Virus record (IMG/VR): IMGVR_UViG_3300028840_001508
Span: 1-64,000 of that record
Length of the DNA stretch: 64,000 nucleotides
Direction: 5' to 3' (one strand)
Source: a virus
Shown here: positions 46,747-56,742 of the stretch, one piece after another
Layout: each line of letters starts with the position of its first letter
How positions within the stretch are numbered: the first letter of the stretch is position 1
The notes under the pieces: generated by a model
What the model saw: the letters and a program-made list of their open reading frames with translations, nothing else
Told to the model about the DNA's origin: nothing
The model's database searches: none
Translations under genes and position numbers: made by a program

Positions 46747-47586
46747 ATGCCTAAATCGACAGGAGTAACAAATATAGGCCAGGACTGGTCTTCAGGCAAC
46801 ATGGTGTACTTTGAGGAAGCAGTAGGCAGAAGCACGTCCGGTGATGTGCTGAGTATTGGAACGACTGCTGTGGCTGTAGGGAATACAGGAAATGACATAG
46901 ACTTCACAGTCTACACAGGCGCATCCGCTACCTTTAAGGTGGATTGCGGCAATGCCGCTGTTGAACTGACAGCGACGCGGATAGACTGTAAGTCCGTCAC
47001 AGCTAATACGGATGGTGCTTTTATCAAGGCGGGAACATCGAGTTCACCTATCGTCAAGGATACTAGCAATCTAAAGTTCGTCAGCCTATATTTCGATAAC
47101 GGCGCGACAGGCGGTGACAATCGCGGGATATACAACAGGCTGTATCTTACAGGTGCAGGCGGCGGCGGAGAATCGCTGCGATCCTTTACGACGGTAAGCA
47201 ACGTAGCAGGCAGTACGGCTCACGGCGCGCACCTCAGTCTGAGTTTCGGGACAAGTGGCAGTATAACAGGACTCGGTGTAGCAACAAGAGCGACGCTTCA
47301 CGTTCCCAACGTAGTCATGTCGGGTGGTACTTATGCCGCAGGTCAGTCTGAAGTATATTTTGATGGCACAACAGCCCGGATAGCAGGTACTACTGTAAGC
47401 AGTATCCACAGGTTCGTTGCGGATGGGGTTTCGGGATATACAAATGACCTGCCCTACGTTTTCGAGTTTGTAGGGCTTAACTCCACGCAGTGGGAGACGA
47501 CATTTTCAGATACGCCGGATCGCGGGCTGAAGATTCGCGTAAATGGCACAGCATACTGGATCGCCTGCACTCAGGCGACAACATAA
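46747..47586 (+). CDS. Putative virion fibre/decoration protein, paralog 3
   Basis: FEEAVGRSTSGD N-terminal motif; LKIRVNGTAYWI fibre-like end. Confidence 0.7.
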   Translation: MPKSTGVTNIGQDWSSGNMVYFEEAVGRSTSGDVLSIGTTAVAVGNTGNDIDFTVYTGASATFKVDCGNAAVELTATRIDCKSVTANTDGAFIKAGTSSSPIVKDTSNLKFVSLYFDNGATGGDNRGIYNRLYLTGAGGGGESLRSFTTVSNVAGSTAHGAHLSLSFGTSGSITGLGVATRATLHVPNVVMSGGTYAAGQSEVYFDGTTARIAGTTVSSIHRFVADGVSGYTNDLPYVFEFVGLNSTQWETTFSDTPDRGLKIRVNGTAYWIACTQATT

Positions 47587-47636
47587 ATATGGCGGCTGCT
47601 GCGTATGTAGCAGCCGTAACGCAAAGGAGCAAATGA

Positions 47637-48104
47637 ATGAAACCAATTCAATTTGAAGCGAGAATGCTAATAGGACTGAACAGGGCTCTGGGCGAACTGG
47701 CAGAGCAGAAAACCATCCCCAACAAGCTTTCATACTGGCTTATGCGTATCAGCAGGGAAGTAGTCAAGGAGATTGAAACCTTCGAGCAGGCACGCATGAA
47801 AATCATAGACAAGTATGCAGATAAGGATGAGGATGGGCAGTATAGAACGGAAAATGACCAGTACGTGATCCCCGACCAGGCTGGCTATGCCGCTGAATTC
47901 GAGGAGATTGCCGCTAATCCTATCGAAATCCGGTTCAACAAGGTCAAGGTGAACCTGGATGAGTTGGATAAGCGGGGCGTGGAAATCAGCCCTGAATCAT
48001 ATTTCTACCTTGACCTTATCTTCGATATAGAAGAAGAGACGGAAGCAGCAGAGGAAGCAGAAGAGGACAGCCCTGTTCAGATCCTTGAGATGAAAAAGGA
48101 CTGA
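47637..48104 (+). CDS. Acidic helical protein (DUF1617-like, possible fibre chaperone)
   Basis: KLSYWL..I...FEQAR.KIIDKYADKDEDG pattern. Confidence 0.55.
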   Translation: MKPIQFEARMLIGLNRALGELAEQKTIPNKLSYWLMRISREVVKEIETFEQARMKIIDKYADKDEDGQYRTENDQYVIPDQAGYAAEFEEIAANPIEIRFNKVKVNLDELDKRGVEISPESYFYLDLIFDIEEETEAAEEAEEDSPVQILEMKKD

Positions 48105-48109
48105 TGTGA

Positions 48110-48865
48110 ATGGCAACAGGAACAGTAACAGAAACTTATGAAAAGCTATACCCGGTAAAGAAGGTGACGCTTGACTGGACGAGTTCGGCTGGGGGCACTA
48201 TCAGTGGCACAGCCTCCAGCCACCTGAGCGGCATAATAGAGCGGGTCTGCCTTGTGCCATCCAGCGCCACCGCCCCCACTGCCTTGTATGATGTGACTAT
48301 ACTTGACGACAATTCCCTGGACATCCTACAGGGGCTTGGGCTGAACCTATCAGCCAGCGTGAGCAAGCAGTTCGGGATAGGCGAAGAGGTATGGATAGAG
48401 GACAGCGCGGATACGGAGCTATACAAAACCAAGTCCTATTCCGGCTCTGACGCAACTGTATCAGCAACTATCCTCTACACCTCCGACATCATGCAGGACA
48501 GGGACACTGACACGGTAATTGACATAAAGTTCGACGCAAGCGGGACGACTGATAACCTTCTCGTGTACCTCTACAGGCGGCGTGACGCTACGTGGGATAA
48601 CGACGAGATAGCAAGAACCAGTGTGGAGATCACCAGCGACGGCTCTGAGGACATCTATAGCATGGATCTGGATAGCTACGGGCCGGGGCATTACCGCCTG
48701 GGCATAGCATCCGCTGGCAGCACAGATGACTACGGAGTGGACATTGAGATGCGGCAGTATCATAGAGTCACCTTCCGTGGAATAGCAGTAAACAGCCCGC
48801 TCACGCTGGGCATAACCAACGCTGGCAACGCCAAGTGCGGCGATGTCATACTCTATCTGAGGTGA
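48110..48865 (+). CDS. Putative structural protein (beta sandwich with insertion)
   Basis: Beta-rich, late operon. Confidence 0.6.
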   Translation: MATGTVTETYEKLYPVKKVTLDWTSSAGGTISGTASSHLSGIIERVCLVPSSATAPTALYDVTILDDNSLDILQGLGLNLSASVSKQFGIGEEVWIEDSADTELYKTKSYSGSDATVSATILYTSDIMQDRDTDTVIDIKFDASGTTDNLLVYLYRRRDATWDNDEIARTSVEITSDGSEDIYSMDLDSYGPGHYRLGIASAGSTDDYGVDIEMRQYHRVTFRGIAVNSPLTLGITNAGNAKCGDVILYLR

Positions 48866-48869
48866 GGAC

Positions 48870-49397
48870 ATGGGAGATATTTCAGGGACATTTACGTGGG
48901 AGCCAAACCTTCAGGTAGCTGGCGTGACTGTGACTTTTACGGCAGACGCACAAAGCGAAACAGCGGGCGGCACTGTAGTCGCTATCACAAAGTACGAGTG
49001 GCAGTTCGGGGAAGGCGCGCCACTCGTAAATGGCGAGGATAGCGATGAATATGCGCATGTATTTGTAGACCCTGGCACTTATGATGTGGGATGCAGGGTG
49101 ACTGATGCTGACGGAGCAAAGGCGACTCAGCGGAAGGACGTTGAAATAACCAAGAGGTACAGGGCAACGGGCAGATGGGATCAGAAGCCCATCCGGGCGA
49201 CGGTGATACTAACTGAGTATGCAGCGGGAAATGCAGCAACGGGTAATAGCTGGCGACTGCCGTTTGATACGCTCAACCGGGACTATACAGAAATAGCGCA
49301 GAGATTCAAGCCGCTGATAGAAAACCCGGACGTACCGCCCACGCGAGCTATACTGGACGAGATAGAAGATCAGGTTAACGAGGCGATGAAGGAGTAG
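48870..49397 (+). CDS. PKD-domain structural protein
   Basis: VTFTA..ITKYEWQFGEG..HVFVDPGTYDV..RVTDADG. Confidence 0.75.
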   Translation: MGDISGTFTWEPNLQVAGVTVTFTADAQSETAGGTVVAITKYEWQFGEGAPLVNGEDSDEYAHVFVDPGTYDVGCRVTDADGAKATQRKDVEITKRYRATGRWDQKPIRATVILTEYAAGNAATGNSWRLPFDTLNRDYTEIAQRFKPLIENPDVPPTRAILDEIEDQVNEAMKE

Positions 49398-49399
49398 AA

Positions 49400-52288
49400 A
49401 TGCGAAAGCTGATATTTGCGCTGGTAATAGTCATGATATTCGCTGGCTGCGCGAAGCAGGCGCAGCCACCGCCTGTTGATGGATTTGGCATAGCTGGTTG
49501 GCGCAAGCCGTCATATACTGCTACGCTGAATCACATCCATCCAATGGCGAGGGGACTACAGCTCATGTGGCTGATAAATGAGAGTCCCGCCGCCAGCCTG
49601 TTCGACCTGACGCGTAATGGCTACACAGGGACTATAACCGGCCCTACGTGGACACACGGCGACCGTGGGCCGGTGCTTTCCTTCGACGGCACAGACGACT
49701 ACCTGCAAGCCACGCGCATAAGCGGTATGAGCGACTGGTCTGCCTATATCCGGTACTGTCCGATTGATGTTAGCAATGCCTATGCCCTGCTAGACCAGGG
49801 TGATATACTCATCACGCAGAACAGCGATGATATAGTCTGGGGATTCACAGACAGCGGGAATGTAGACAATACATCAACAGCCAGTACAGTCCTATCAAGC
49901 GGAACGTGGGTTAGCCTTCTTGCTACCAAGTCAGGAAGCAGCCACGTCCTGTACGTCAACGGTATATCTACTGATACACTCAGCGACGCCAGTACACCAC
50001 TTACCAGCGAGACATATCTATCGGCAGGCAAGCGCACAGGGACGGGTATAGCTTACGTCGCATTGACGCCATCGAATCTTACCTCTGAGCAGGCAGTCAG
50101 CGGGTTACTTGAATACTCCCGCGGATCTGCCGATATGTCCGGGACGCTGTACGAAAATGCACCCGCGCCGAGACAGGGAACTATCGAATTCTGGACTAAG
50201 CCATATTTCGCTTCTACCGATACCAATACACGCTACCTGCTTGACGCTTCATGTGTCGTGCTTTACTGGAACGGTTCAGCGACGCAGTGGAAAGCTACTG
50301 TCAACGGCGTGAGCATCACCGCAAGCGATACCTTTTCTGCGAACACATGGATACACGTTGTATTGAGATGGGAGACCGAAGGGACTGATTCTCTCGACCT
50401 TGCCATTGACGGCACAGATGCAAGCACAGTGACGACCTCCCAGACGGTAGGAACGCCGTCGAGTACGCTCTACGTTCATAAAGACAACGCAGGGTCAAAC
50501 ACATATTCAGGTGCATCGGCTTTTAGATGGCTGAATAGGAAGATAGCTGATGCTGATATAGATACGCTATATGCAAGTGGAAATGGAAATCTGGACAGCT
50601 TTGACGTGACGCAGGATGTTGCGGCATGTTCAAATTTCACCGACAGCGCCACCTCCATCCGGGCGCAGCATAGGGGCAAGACAGTCTCGGCTATAACAGA
50701 TGGCGCTACAGAGGACACACTGACCGTGGCAAGCGGAGCGGATAATTCATTCGCTGATAATGATGAGGTAGCTGTATATGATGCATCTGCAAATATTGTC
50801 TTCGCCAGTGTTGATGGCGATCCATCATCTACGAGTATGGCGATAGACGATGGCGCAGGCGGCGATCCTAATGCTGATGAAACGGTAAGTAACACAGCTT
50901 TTGTGACGAAAAACCTATTCTCTGATCCAGGGTTTGAAAGTAATTCAACGAGCTATATAACTGACGGTTCAGTTGATGCGGATTTTACACTCAGCATTGA
51001 TAGCACATTGGCCTCATTTGATAGGTATTCCCAGAAAATTGTCATAGCAGGTGCAGATGATAGCGACGAGGTGCAACTGAGAAACCCCAACCTATCCAAC
51101 GGCGGCGACTACGCGACACGGTTCTTCTCACAAATAGCAGACTTCGACTTCTATCCCGACCTGCCTGTTCGATGCTATATGGATATTGATGGCTCTGCAA
51201 ATGTTGTAACGCAAGAACTATTTGCATCAATGCAGTTAAGAGATAAACACAGGGAATTCCAGGGATATGGCTATTCCGTCTGGGGCGATGGTACATATAT
51301 CTATCTTGCTAATTATGGCGGACTCCACGCCTACTCGTTCAATGGAAGTGCATTCACCCATTTAGATCACATCGACGACGGCGGAAATGGCTGGGGCGTG
51401 TGGGGCGATGGGACGTACATATACCTGGCGAACCACTCCGATGGTCTGCGCGCCTACACCTTCAACGGCACGACGTTTACCAACGTGGGTCACATCGACG
51501 ACGGCGGGTTTGGCTGGGGCGTCTGGGGCGATGGGACGTACATATACCTGGCAGATAATTATGATGGTATATACGCTTCAACCCCATACTTCGAGAATGG
51601 TTGGCAAGAGAGTACCATCTGCTTCACTGCCGATCAGGACGGCGCGCATAACTATAACGTGCGGGTGACTGGCGCGGGGGCTGGTGAGAATGATGCCACT
51701 ATCTATCTTGACCAGTTTGAGTTGAGGCAGAACGCCGTCGCAGGCGGCGATTGCGAAGCCGCAGATGGAAACGGCTTGCCATCTGGCTGGTCAGACACAG
51801 GCAGCCCGGATGCGGATGAAACACAGACTGATACAGCAGATTATCACAGCGACACGTCCAGCATCTACCTCGCCAGCGCAGAGGAAAACGAGGGTGTTAC
51901 TCAGAACATCACCGTAGAGGACGCAAGCTACTATACAATCACATTCTTCTCAAAGAATGACAACCAGGATGTTGACGTGACTCTAGGCACAGCAGCTACG
52001 GCGACTATTGACGCAACGACATCGACAAACACGTGGACTAAATTCAGTTATACTTTTCTTACTACCGACACGACATTGGTGCTTTCAGCCGTATCAGGCG
52101 CGGCTTCACAGAGCGGGTGGTTTGACGACTTCAGCCTGGTGAAGCTGGACACGGCGGACGCTACCAGCGCAGCAAGAACACTGGACTACCTGGACGGCAA
52201 GATTGACGATATACGGATATGGGACAGGGCATTGACGCCAGAAGAGGCGCACTGGCTACAGAGAGAACCTTATGCGCCCATCAAATAG
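49400..52288 (+). CDS. Large LamG/concanavalin-like lectin protein with CBM-like domains and LVIVD-like repeats; N-terminal lipoprotein signal
   Basis: IFAGC lipobox; LSFDGTDDY, GTIEFW..WIHVVLRW, GKIDDIRIWDRAL; three VWGDGTYIYLA repeats. Confidence 0.75.
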   Translation: MRKLIFALVIVMIFAGCAKQAQPPPVDGFGIAGWRKPSYTATLNHIHPMARGLQLMWLINESPAASLFDLTRNGYTGTITGPTWTHGDRGPVLSFDGTDDYLQATRISGMSDWSAYIRYCPIDVSNAYALLDQGDILITQNSDDIVWGFTDSGNVDNTSTASTVLSSGTWVSLLATKSGSSHVLYVNGISTDTLSDASTPLTSETYLSAGKRTGTGIAYVALTPSNLTSEQAVSGLLEYSRGSADMSGTLYENAPAPRQGTIEFWTKPYFASTDTNTRYLLDASCVVLYWNGSATQWKATVNGVSITASDTFSANTWIHVVLRWETEGTDSLDLAIDGTDASTVTTSQTVGTPSSTLYVHKDNAGSNTYSGASAFRWLNRKIADADIDTLYASGNGNLDSFDVTQDVAACSNFTDSATSIRAQHRGKTVSAITDGATEDTLTVASGADNSFADNDEVAVYDASANIVFASVDGDPSSTSMAIDDGAGGDPNADETVSNTAFVTKNLFSDPGFESNSTSYITDGSVDADFTLSIDSTLASFDRYSQKIVIAGADDSDEVQLRNPNLSNGGDYATRFFSQIADFDFYPDLPVRCYMDIDGSANVVTQELFASMQLRDKHREFQGYGYSVWGDGTYIYLANYGGLHAYSFNGSAFTHLDHIDDGGNGWGVWGDGTYIYLANHSDGLRAYTFNGTTFTNVGHIDDGGFGWGVWGDGTYIYLADNYDGIYASTPYFENGWQESTICFTADQDGAHNYNVRVTGAGAGENDATIYLDQFELRQNAVAGGDCEAADGNGLPSGWSDTGSPDADETQTDTADYHSDTSSIYLASAEENEGVTQNITVEDASYYTITFFSKNDNQDVDVTLGTAATATIDATTSTNTWTKFSYTFLTTDTTLVLSAVSGAASQSGWFDDFSLVKLDTADATSAARTLDYLDGKIDDIRIWDRALTPEEAHWLQREPYAPIK

Positions 52289-52403
52289 ATTACTACGCGC
52301 ACAATGCGCATACAGACGTGCCGGTGATGGTCACTGGCACAACGGGGGCGGGGCTTTCTCTCCTTTCACTCGCCCCCCGCACTCATATATAGGATGATGT
52401 GAA

Positions 52404-53627
52404 TTGGCAGATATTGTAGATCTGGGAAAAGTATTGGAATTCGTATTCGGCAGGTTCAGCATAGCATCTGGAAACGACGTGCTGGTACTGACTAGCAGTA
52501 TAGGAGGGCCGGAGAGCATAGACGTGCCTGACGGTGACTACTCGGCAAGCGAACTAGCGACGGCACTCCAGACAGCCATGACAGCGAACGGCACGATCAG
52601 CGGTTCAACTATCACGTGGTCAGTCAGCTACAGCGACAGCACAGCAAAGTTCACCATCGACGCAGGATCAGGAAACACCGTGGCGCTAACCAATTCTGGC
52701 TCCGACGCCGCTGATACCTTTGGCTTCAACAAAGACCATACAGCGGCTCAGACTATTACCTCTGATCAGATAGTGCCTGGCGCTCCCGATAGTCTGGATA
52801 TACCCAACTTGCATGACGGGGCTGAGAAGTGGATACAGAACAGGACGGAGCGCACCTTCACCAGCACCACATATTACAAGCTCTACGATGGTGATGGCGA
52901 TACATGCCTGCTGCTTGACGATTATCCCATTACGCAGGTGCAGAGGGTAACGAAGGACGTGGAGGAAGGCATTAAGATAAAGAACACCAGCACAGATGCC
53001 AGCAACGCATACGCCGCTGTTGTGTTCGAGGATGACACGCCGTCTTACCTCAAGTTGGTTGTTGATGATGGCGATAACGTAAGTACAAGTTCGCTTTCCT
53101 TCAGCACCTACACCACGCTATCAACGCTGGTAGCTGCCTTCACCAGCAACGCCACCATATCAGGCGATGGCTGGGCGGCGGCTGTATATGACACGGACTA
53201 CAACAACTACAGTACCATGCTGTTGATGGAGAACTTCTACGAGCTTGCCAACGAGTTCGGCGGGGGTACGGCTGATTATGAATACCTCTACATCGGCGGC
53301 GAGCCGCTACAGGGCATCAAGGTATATAAAGACAGGGGAGAGATATACCACGCGGGCGGATTTACGCGTGGACATAACAACATCTACGTCAAGTACACCG
53401 CCGGATATAGTATAGCACCAGCGGATCTCCGGCTTGCCGTATGTATTCTTGTGAAGACGTGGTATGACAAGAAAGATAACGCCGCCTACGGCATAGAGGA
53501 ATACAGCTTAGGACACGTCCGGGTGCGCTATGCCAGCGGGACGCAGAGCGCCAGCGGGAATGTGGACAGGACGATCCCGCCGGAAGTGCTTAACATCGTG
53601 GATAGGTATGTGAATATAACGCTATGA
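52404..53627 (+). CDS. Head-tail adaptor (gp6/gp15-like) with inserted domains
   Basis: AEKWIQNRTERTF, LLLDDYPI, NIYVKYTAGY..PADLRLAV, IPPEVLNIVDRY. Confidence 0.75.
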   Translation: MADIVDLGKVLEFVFGRFSIASGNDVLVLTSSIGGPESIDVPDGDYSASELATALQTAMTANGTISGSTITWSVSYSDSTAKFTIDAGSGNTVALTNSGSDAADTFGFNKDHTAAQTITSDQIVPGAPDSLDIPNLHDGAEKWIQNRTERTFTSTTYYKLYDGDGDTCLLLDDYPITQVQRVTKDVEEGIKIKNTSTDASNAYAAVVFEDDTPSYLKLVVDDGDNVSTSSLSFSTYTTLSTLVAAFTSNATISGDGWAAAVYDTDYNNYSTMLLMENFYELANEFGGGTADYEYLYIGGEPLQGIKVYKDRGEIYHAGGFTRGHNNIYVKYTAGYSIAPADLRLAVCILVKTWYDKKDNAAYGIEEYSLGHVRVRYASGTQSASGNVDRTIPPEVLNIVDRYVNITL

Positions 53628-53971
53628 TCCCAGGAAAGAAAGTATCATACACACTCAAATCAGTTACAGAGACGCAGGATGCGGGCGGGTCTGCTACATT
53701 GACCATAGCCACTGTCTGCACATTCAAGGGGTCTACTATGGCTCCCTTGACGCTGTACGAGAATAGCCTGTTCGAGAAGCAGACTACGGTAGGCAGGTAC
53801 AGGATAATAGCGGACTATGACCAGTTCGGGGCAGCGTACTATGCCAGTATAGAGGAAAGCGAAGAAAATATCATCACATACAACTCTACCAACTACGACA
53901 TTATCCGCGTCAACGAGTTTGAGGGCATACCTGGACACCACTACGAGATATACGTGGAGAAGAAGCGATAA
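53624..53971 (+). CDS. Head closure / head-tail joining protein
   Basis: TETQDAGG, YDIIRV, HHYEI motifs; position. Confidence 0.7.
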   Translation: MIPGKKVSYTLKSVTETQDAGGSATLTIATVCTFKGSTMAPLTLYENSLFEKQTTVGRYRIIADYDQFGAAYYASIEESEENIITYNSTNYDIIRVNEFEGIPGHHYEIYVEKKR

Positions 53972-54342
53972 TGTGTAAATGGGGTACAGATAAGCAAGTA
54001 TTAGTTAAAATACCGACAGATCTATCATCTACAGGCGCAGTAGAATGGAAATACAAAAAGATAGATTTCTGCATAGCCGATATAGTACAGGCATTACAAC
54101 GAGCAGGAATAGATATGCGGGGAAGCTGCTGTGGACATGGTAAAACATACGGACATATTCACTGCCAGGACGGGCGTATCTTGCTATTACTTCAGGGGAA
54201 AAATGCAGATGATTACTATACCCATAGAACTCGACTATTTTTATCTCTCTTTGTCAGGCAGTTGAGTTGGGTCTCCTTGAGATATCCATATCGCTTGATA
54301 AAGGACTTACTGCATTATCTGAGGAATACAAATGACATCTGA
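53971..54342 (+). CDS. Hypothetical protein with IDxCI...SCCGHG motif (TYW3-like core)
   Basis: KIDFCIADIVQAL...GSCCGHG. Confidence 0.5.
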   Translation: MCKWGTDKQVLVKIPTDLSSTGAVEWKYKKIDFCIADIVQALQRAGIDMRGSCCGHGKTYGHIHCQDGRILLLLQGKNADDYYTHRTRLFLSLFVRQLSWVSLRYPYRLIKDLLHYLRNTNDI

Positions 54343-54964
54343 ATATATAGCACAAATAGTCAACAAATGTGACCATTATCTTCGCCCTGAAGAAGCCCGG
54401 ATACTCTACCAGACGGCAACAGACATCGGCGCAAAGAGGCTGCTGGAAATAGGTGGCGGGGCTGCGTGTTCATCGGCTATTCTGGCGACTGTAGCTATGG
54501 AGAACAACGGTTTGCTGCTTACAGTGGAGATAAGCCCGCGAAGTGACTGGAAGGCGAACCTGGCTGATTTAGGGCTGGCTGAATATGCGAAGCTGGTAGA
54601 AGCCGAATCGCCGTGGGTGAATATCGACGCCAGGATGGTGAGTCTGGACTATCTATTCGTAGACGGCAATGGGCGCATGAGGTGGGTGCTTGCTGACTAC
54701 CATTTCTTCAGCAAGTTTGTCAGGGTAGGCGGGAGGATCGCTTTCCACGACTGGTGTGGCGGGCGGCATTCACCAGATGGTGTAAAGCGGGCGGTAGGGG
54801 CGATACTTGAAACCGATGACCTGAAGGAGGTGGCGATCAGTGAGGCAGAGAAGCAGGGGCTTATCGTGTTTGAGAAGATGAGCGATAGGCTGGATTTGCC
54901 GGACGAGAACGGGGTGTATGCAGCAAGGCCGGTGAGGGCAGTAGGAAGCTGGTTGGGTAACTGA
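54332..54964 (+). CDS. Class I SAM methyltransferase (Methyltransf_24-like), paralog 1
   Basis: LEIGGG, DYLFVDG, VGGRIAFHD. Confidence 0.85.
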   Translation: MTSEYIAQIVNKCDHYLRPEEARILYQTATDIGAKRLLEIGGGAACSSAILATVAMENNGLLLTVEISPRSDWKANLADLGLAEYAKLVEAESPWVNIDARMVSLDYLFVDGNGRMRWVLADYHFFSKFVRVGGRIAFHDWCGGRHSPDGVKRAVGAILETDDLKEVAISEAEKQGLIVFEKMSDRLDLPDENGVYAARPVRAVGSWLGN

Positions 54965-54976
54965 AAAGGAGAAGCC

Positions 54977-55618
54977 ATGACAGATGCAGAAATACAGGAC
55001 ATCCGGATCCACTGTAACAAATCCATGAGGCTGGAAGAGGGGCGCATACTCTATGACACAGCAAGCGAGATAAAGGCGAAGTGCATATTGGAGATAGGCG
55101 GCGGGGCTGGTACGTCCACGTCGCTTCTGGGAACGGTAGCTAAAGAGAATGATGGCAGATTGATTACTGTGGAACCTAACCCCCGCCAGTCGTGGTTTGA
55201 TAACCTGAAACGGCTTGGCATAGAAGAGTACGTGGAGTGCGTCCAGGCAGAGTCACCGTGGCTACGTGCAGGCATAGAGCCTATCGACTATCTGTGCATC
55301 GACGGTTCTGGCATCATGCGATGGGTGTTGGTGGACTACCACTACTTCGCCCCGTTTGTGCGCGTAGGTGGGCGGATAGCGTTTCACGATTGGTGTGGTG
55401 GGGTAATGTACCCACATGGCGTCAGGCGAGCCGTAGCGGTGATAATGGAGACTGACAGCAAGATACTGAAGGAGATAGCAAGGAATGAAGATTCGCCGAG
55501 ACAGGGGATCGTCGTATTTGAGAAGGTGAGAGAATGCCCGTTCGTTGGTATGGAGCAAATGTTGAAGCAGCAACGCAAGCAGTTACAGTCGGAAACCTGC
55601 ACAGAGCAGGGGCATTGA
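54977..55618 (+). CDS. Class I SAM methyltransferase, paralog 2
   Basis: LEIGGGAG, DYLCIDG, VGGRIAFHD; tandem duplicate of the previous gene. Confidence 0.85.
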   Translation: MTDAEIQDIRIHCNKSMRLEEGRILYDTASEIKAKCILEIGGGAGTSTSLLGTVAKENDGRLITVEPNPRQSWFDNLKRLGIEEYVECVQAESPWLRAGIEPIDYLCIDGSGIMRWVLVDYHYFAPFVRVGGRIAFHDWCGGVMYPHGVRRAVAVIMETDSKILKEIARNEDSPRQGIVVFEKVRECPFVGMEQMLKQQRKQLQSETCTEQGH

Positions 55619-55914
55619 TACAGGGAACGGCAAAAGAGTTATGCCCTGTAAAGACAGGCAATCTCAAAAGCAAGATAACTTATGAGGTTGATGAGGTAGA
55701 ACTGAAGATGCGGGAAGGCAGTAATGTCATCTATGACCCCTTTGTCGAATTGGGGAGTAGCCGCAGTCCCGCACAGCCGCATCATGTACCAGCTTTAGAA
55801 GCCAACTTTCCGGCGATAAAAGAGATGTTCCATAATATCAAGCTGGACACAGCAAAGGCGCATGAAATACGCAGGGCTACACTTGGCGCATACATTGAAA
55901 GACTGGCAGGATAA
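55534..55914 (+). CDS. HK97 gp10-like neck/tail-completion protein
   Basis: AKELCPVKTGNLKSKI, FVELGS..AQP..PAL; AAGGTGA RBS; overlaps the MTase end. Confidence 0.8.
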   Translation: MPVRWYGANVEAATQAVTVGNLHRAGALIQGTAKELCPVKTGNLKSKITYEVDEVELKMREGSNVIYDPFVELGSSRSPAQPHHVPALEANFPAIKEMFHNIKLDTAKAHEIRRATLGAYIERLAG

Positions 55915-56309
55915 TGGACGCACTATTCGACGCTATACAGGCAAAATACACGGCAAACAGCACTCTGTCAAGCGCGCTATCAGGCGGCCTGCACAGGATA
56001 GAAGCCAAGCAGGATGCAAGCTACCCATTCGCCGTCTATTCCATGCCTTCTGACGTGACGGAATACACGTTTGACACCGAATGGGAGAACATGCTGATAC
56101 AGTTCAGCATCTATCACGATGGACGTTCTGATGCTACTGTCCAGGACTGCTACACCAAGCTGAAGACAGTGTATGATTTGTGTACGCTATCCATCAGCGG
56201 TTATACGCAGGTTGTCATGGCGAGAGAATGGCAGAATTTAATACGGGAAGAAGATGTCTGGCAGTATAGCGTTAGATACAGGGTGAGGTTCTACAAGGCG
56301 AGGTCATGA
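55914..56309 (+). CDS. Tail terminator (DUF3168/gp17-like)
   Basis: A.YPFAVY, IQFSIY, position after the gp10-like gene. Confidence 0.75.
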   Translation: MDALFDAIQAKYTANSTLSSALSGGLHRIEAKQDASYPFAVYSMPSDVTEYTFDTEWENMLIQFSIYHDGRSDATVQDCYTKLKTVYDLCTLSISGYTQVVMAREWQNLIREEDVWQYSVRYRVRFYKARS

Positions 56310-56412
56310 TAGAGACATACTTTCTATATTTTGTTTTCCTATTAGCTGCTTTTGTCTGTGGCATGAGGGTACAGCGATTTTTTGATAAGAGGAAATGAAA
56401 AGGAGAGAAAGC

Positions 56413-56742
56413 ATGATAAACTTGCTGGATGAAACGGTAGATGCGCTGATGGAGCATGGCAAACATCCCTCTGAAGTTCTATGGGTAGGGAATAGCGAAT
56501 GGCATACAACGTGGGATGCCTTTACTAAAGTAGCGAACAGGCGGTATGATGACGGACTCGGTAGGGAAGAAGTCAACGGAGATCTAATGATAGTCGGACA
56601 GGACTGGTGGCTAGAGCGCAAAATCTATGATGGTCAAGAGGAATGGGCATTCAAAACGCAGCCCAAACTTCAGGGCAAGAAATCTACAGGGCCGCCTTTA
56701 GTCAATTGGCTTATATGGAAGGAGAGCAGGGACAGCGAATGA
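56413..56742 (+). CDS. Conserved-looking phage hypothetical protein
   Basis: NLLDET..YDDG.G..DL.IVG.DWWLER..YDG.E.W; AAAGGAG RBS. Confidence 0.6.
   Translation: MINLLDETVDALMEHGKHPSEVLWVGNSEWHTTWDAFTKVANRRYDDGLGREEVNGDLMIVGQDWWLERKIYDGQEEWAFKTQPKLQGKKSTGPPLVNWLIWKESRDSE

Noticed and set aside
51270-51555. Three-fold nucleotide repeat
   Set aside because: Explained by LVIVD-like protein repeats within the lectin CDS
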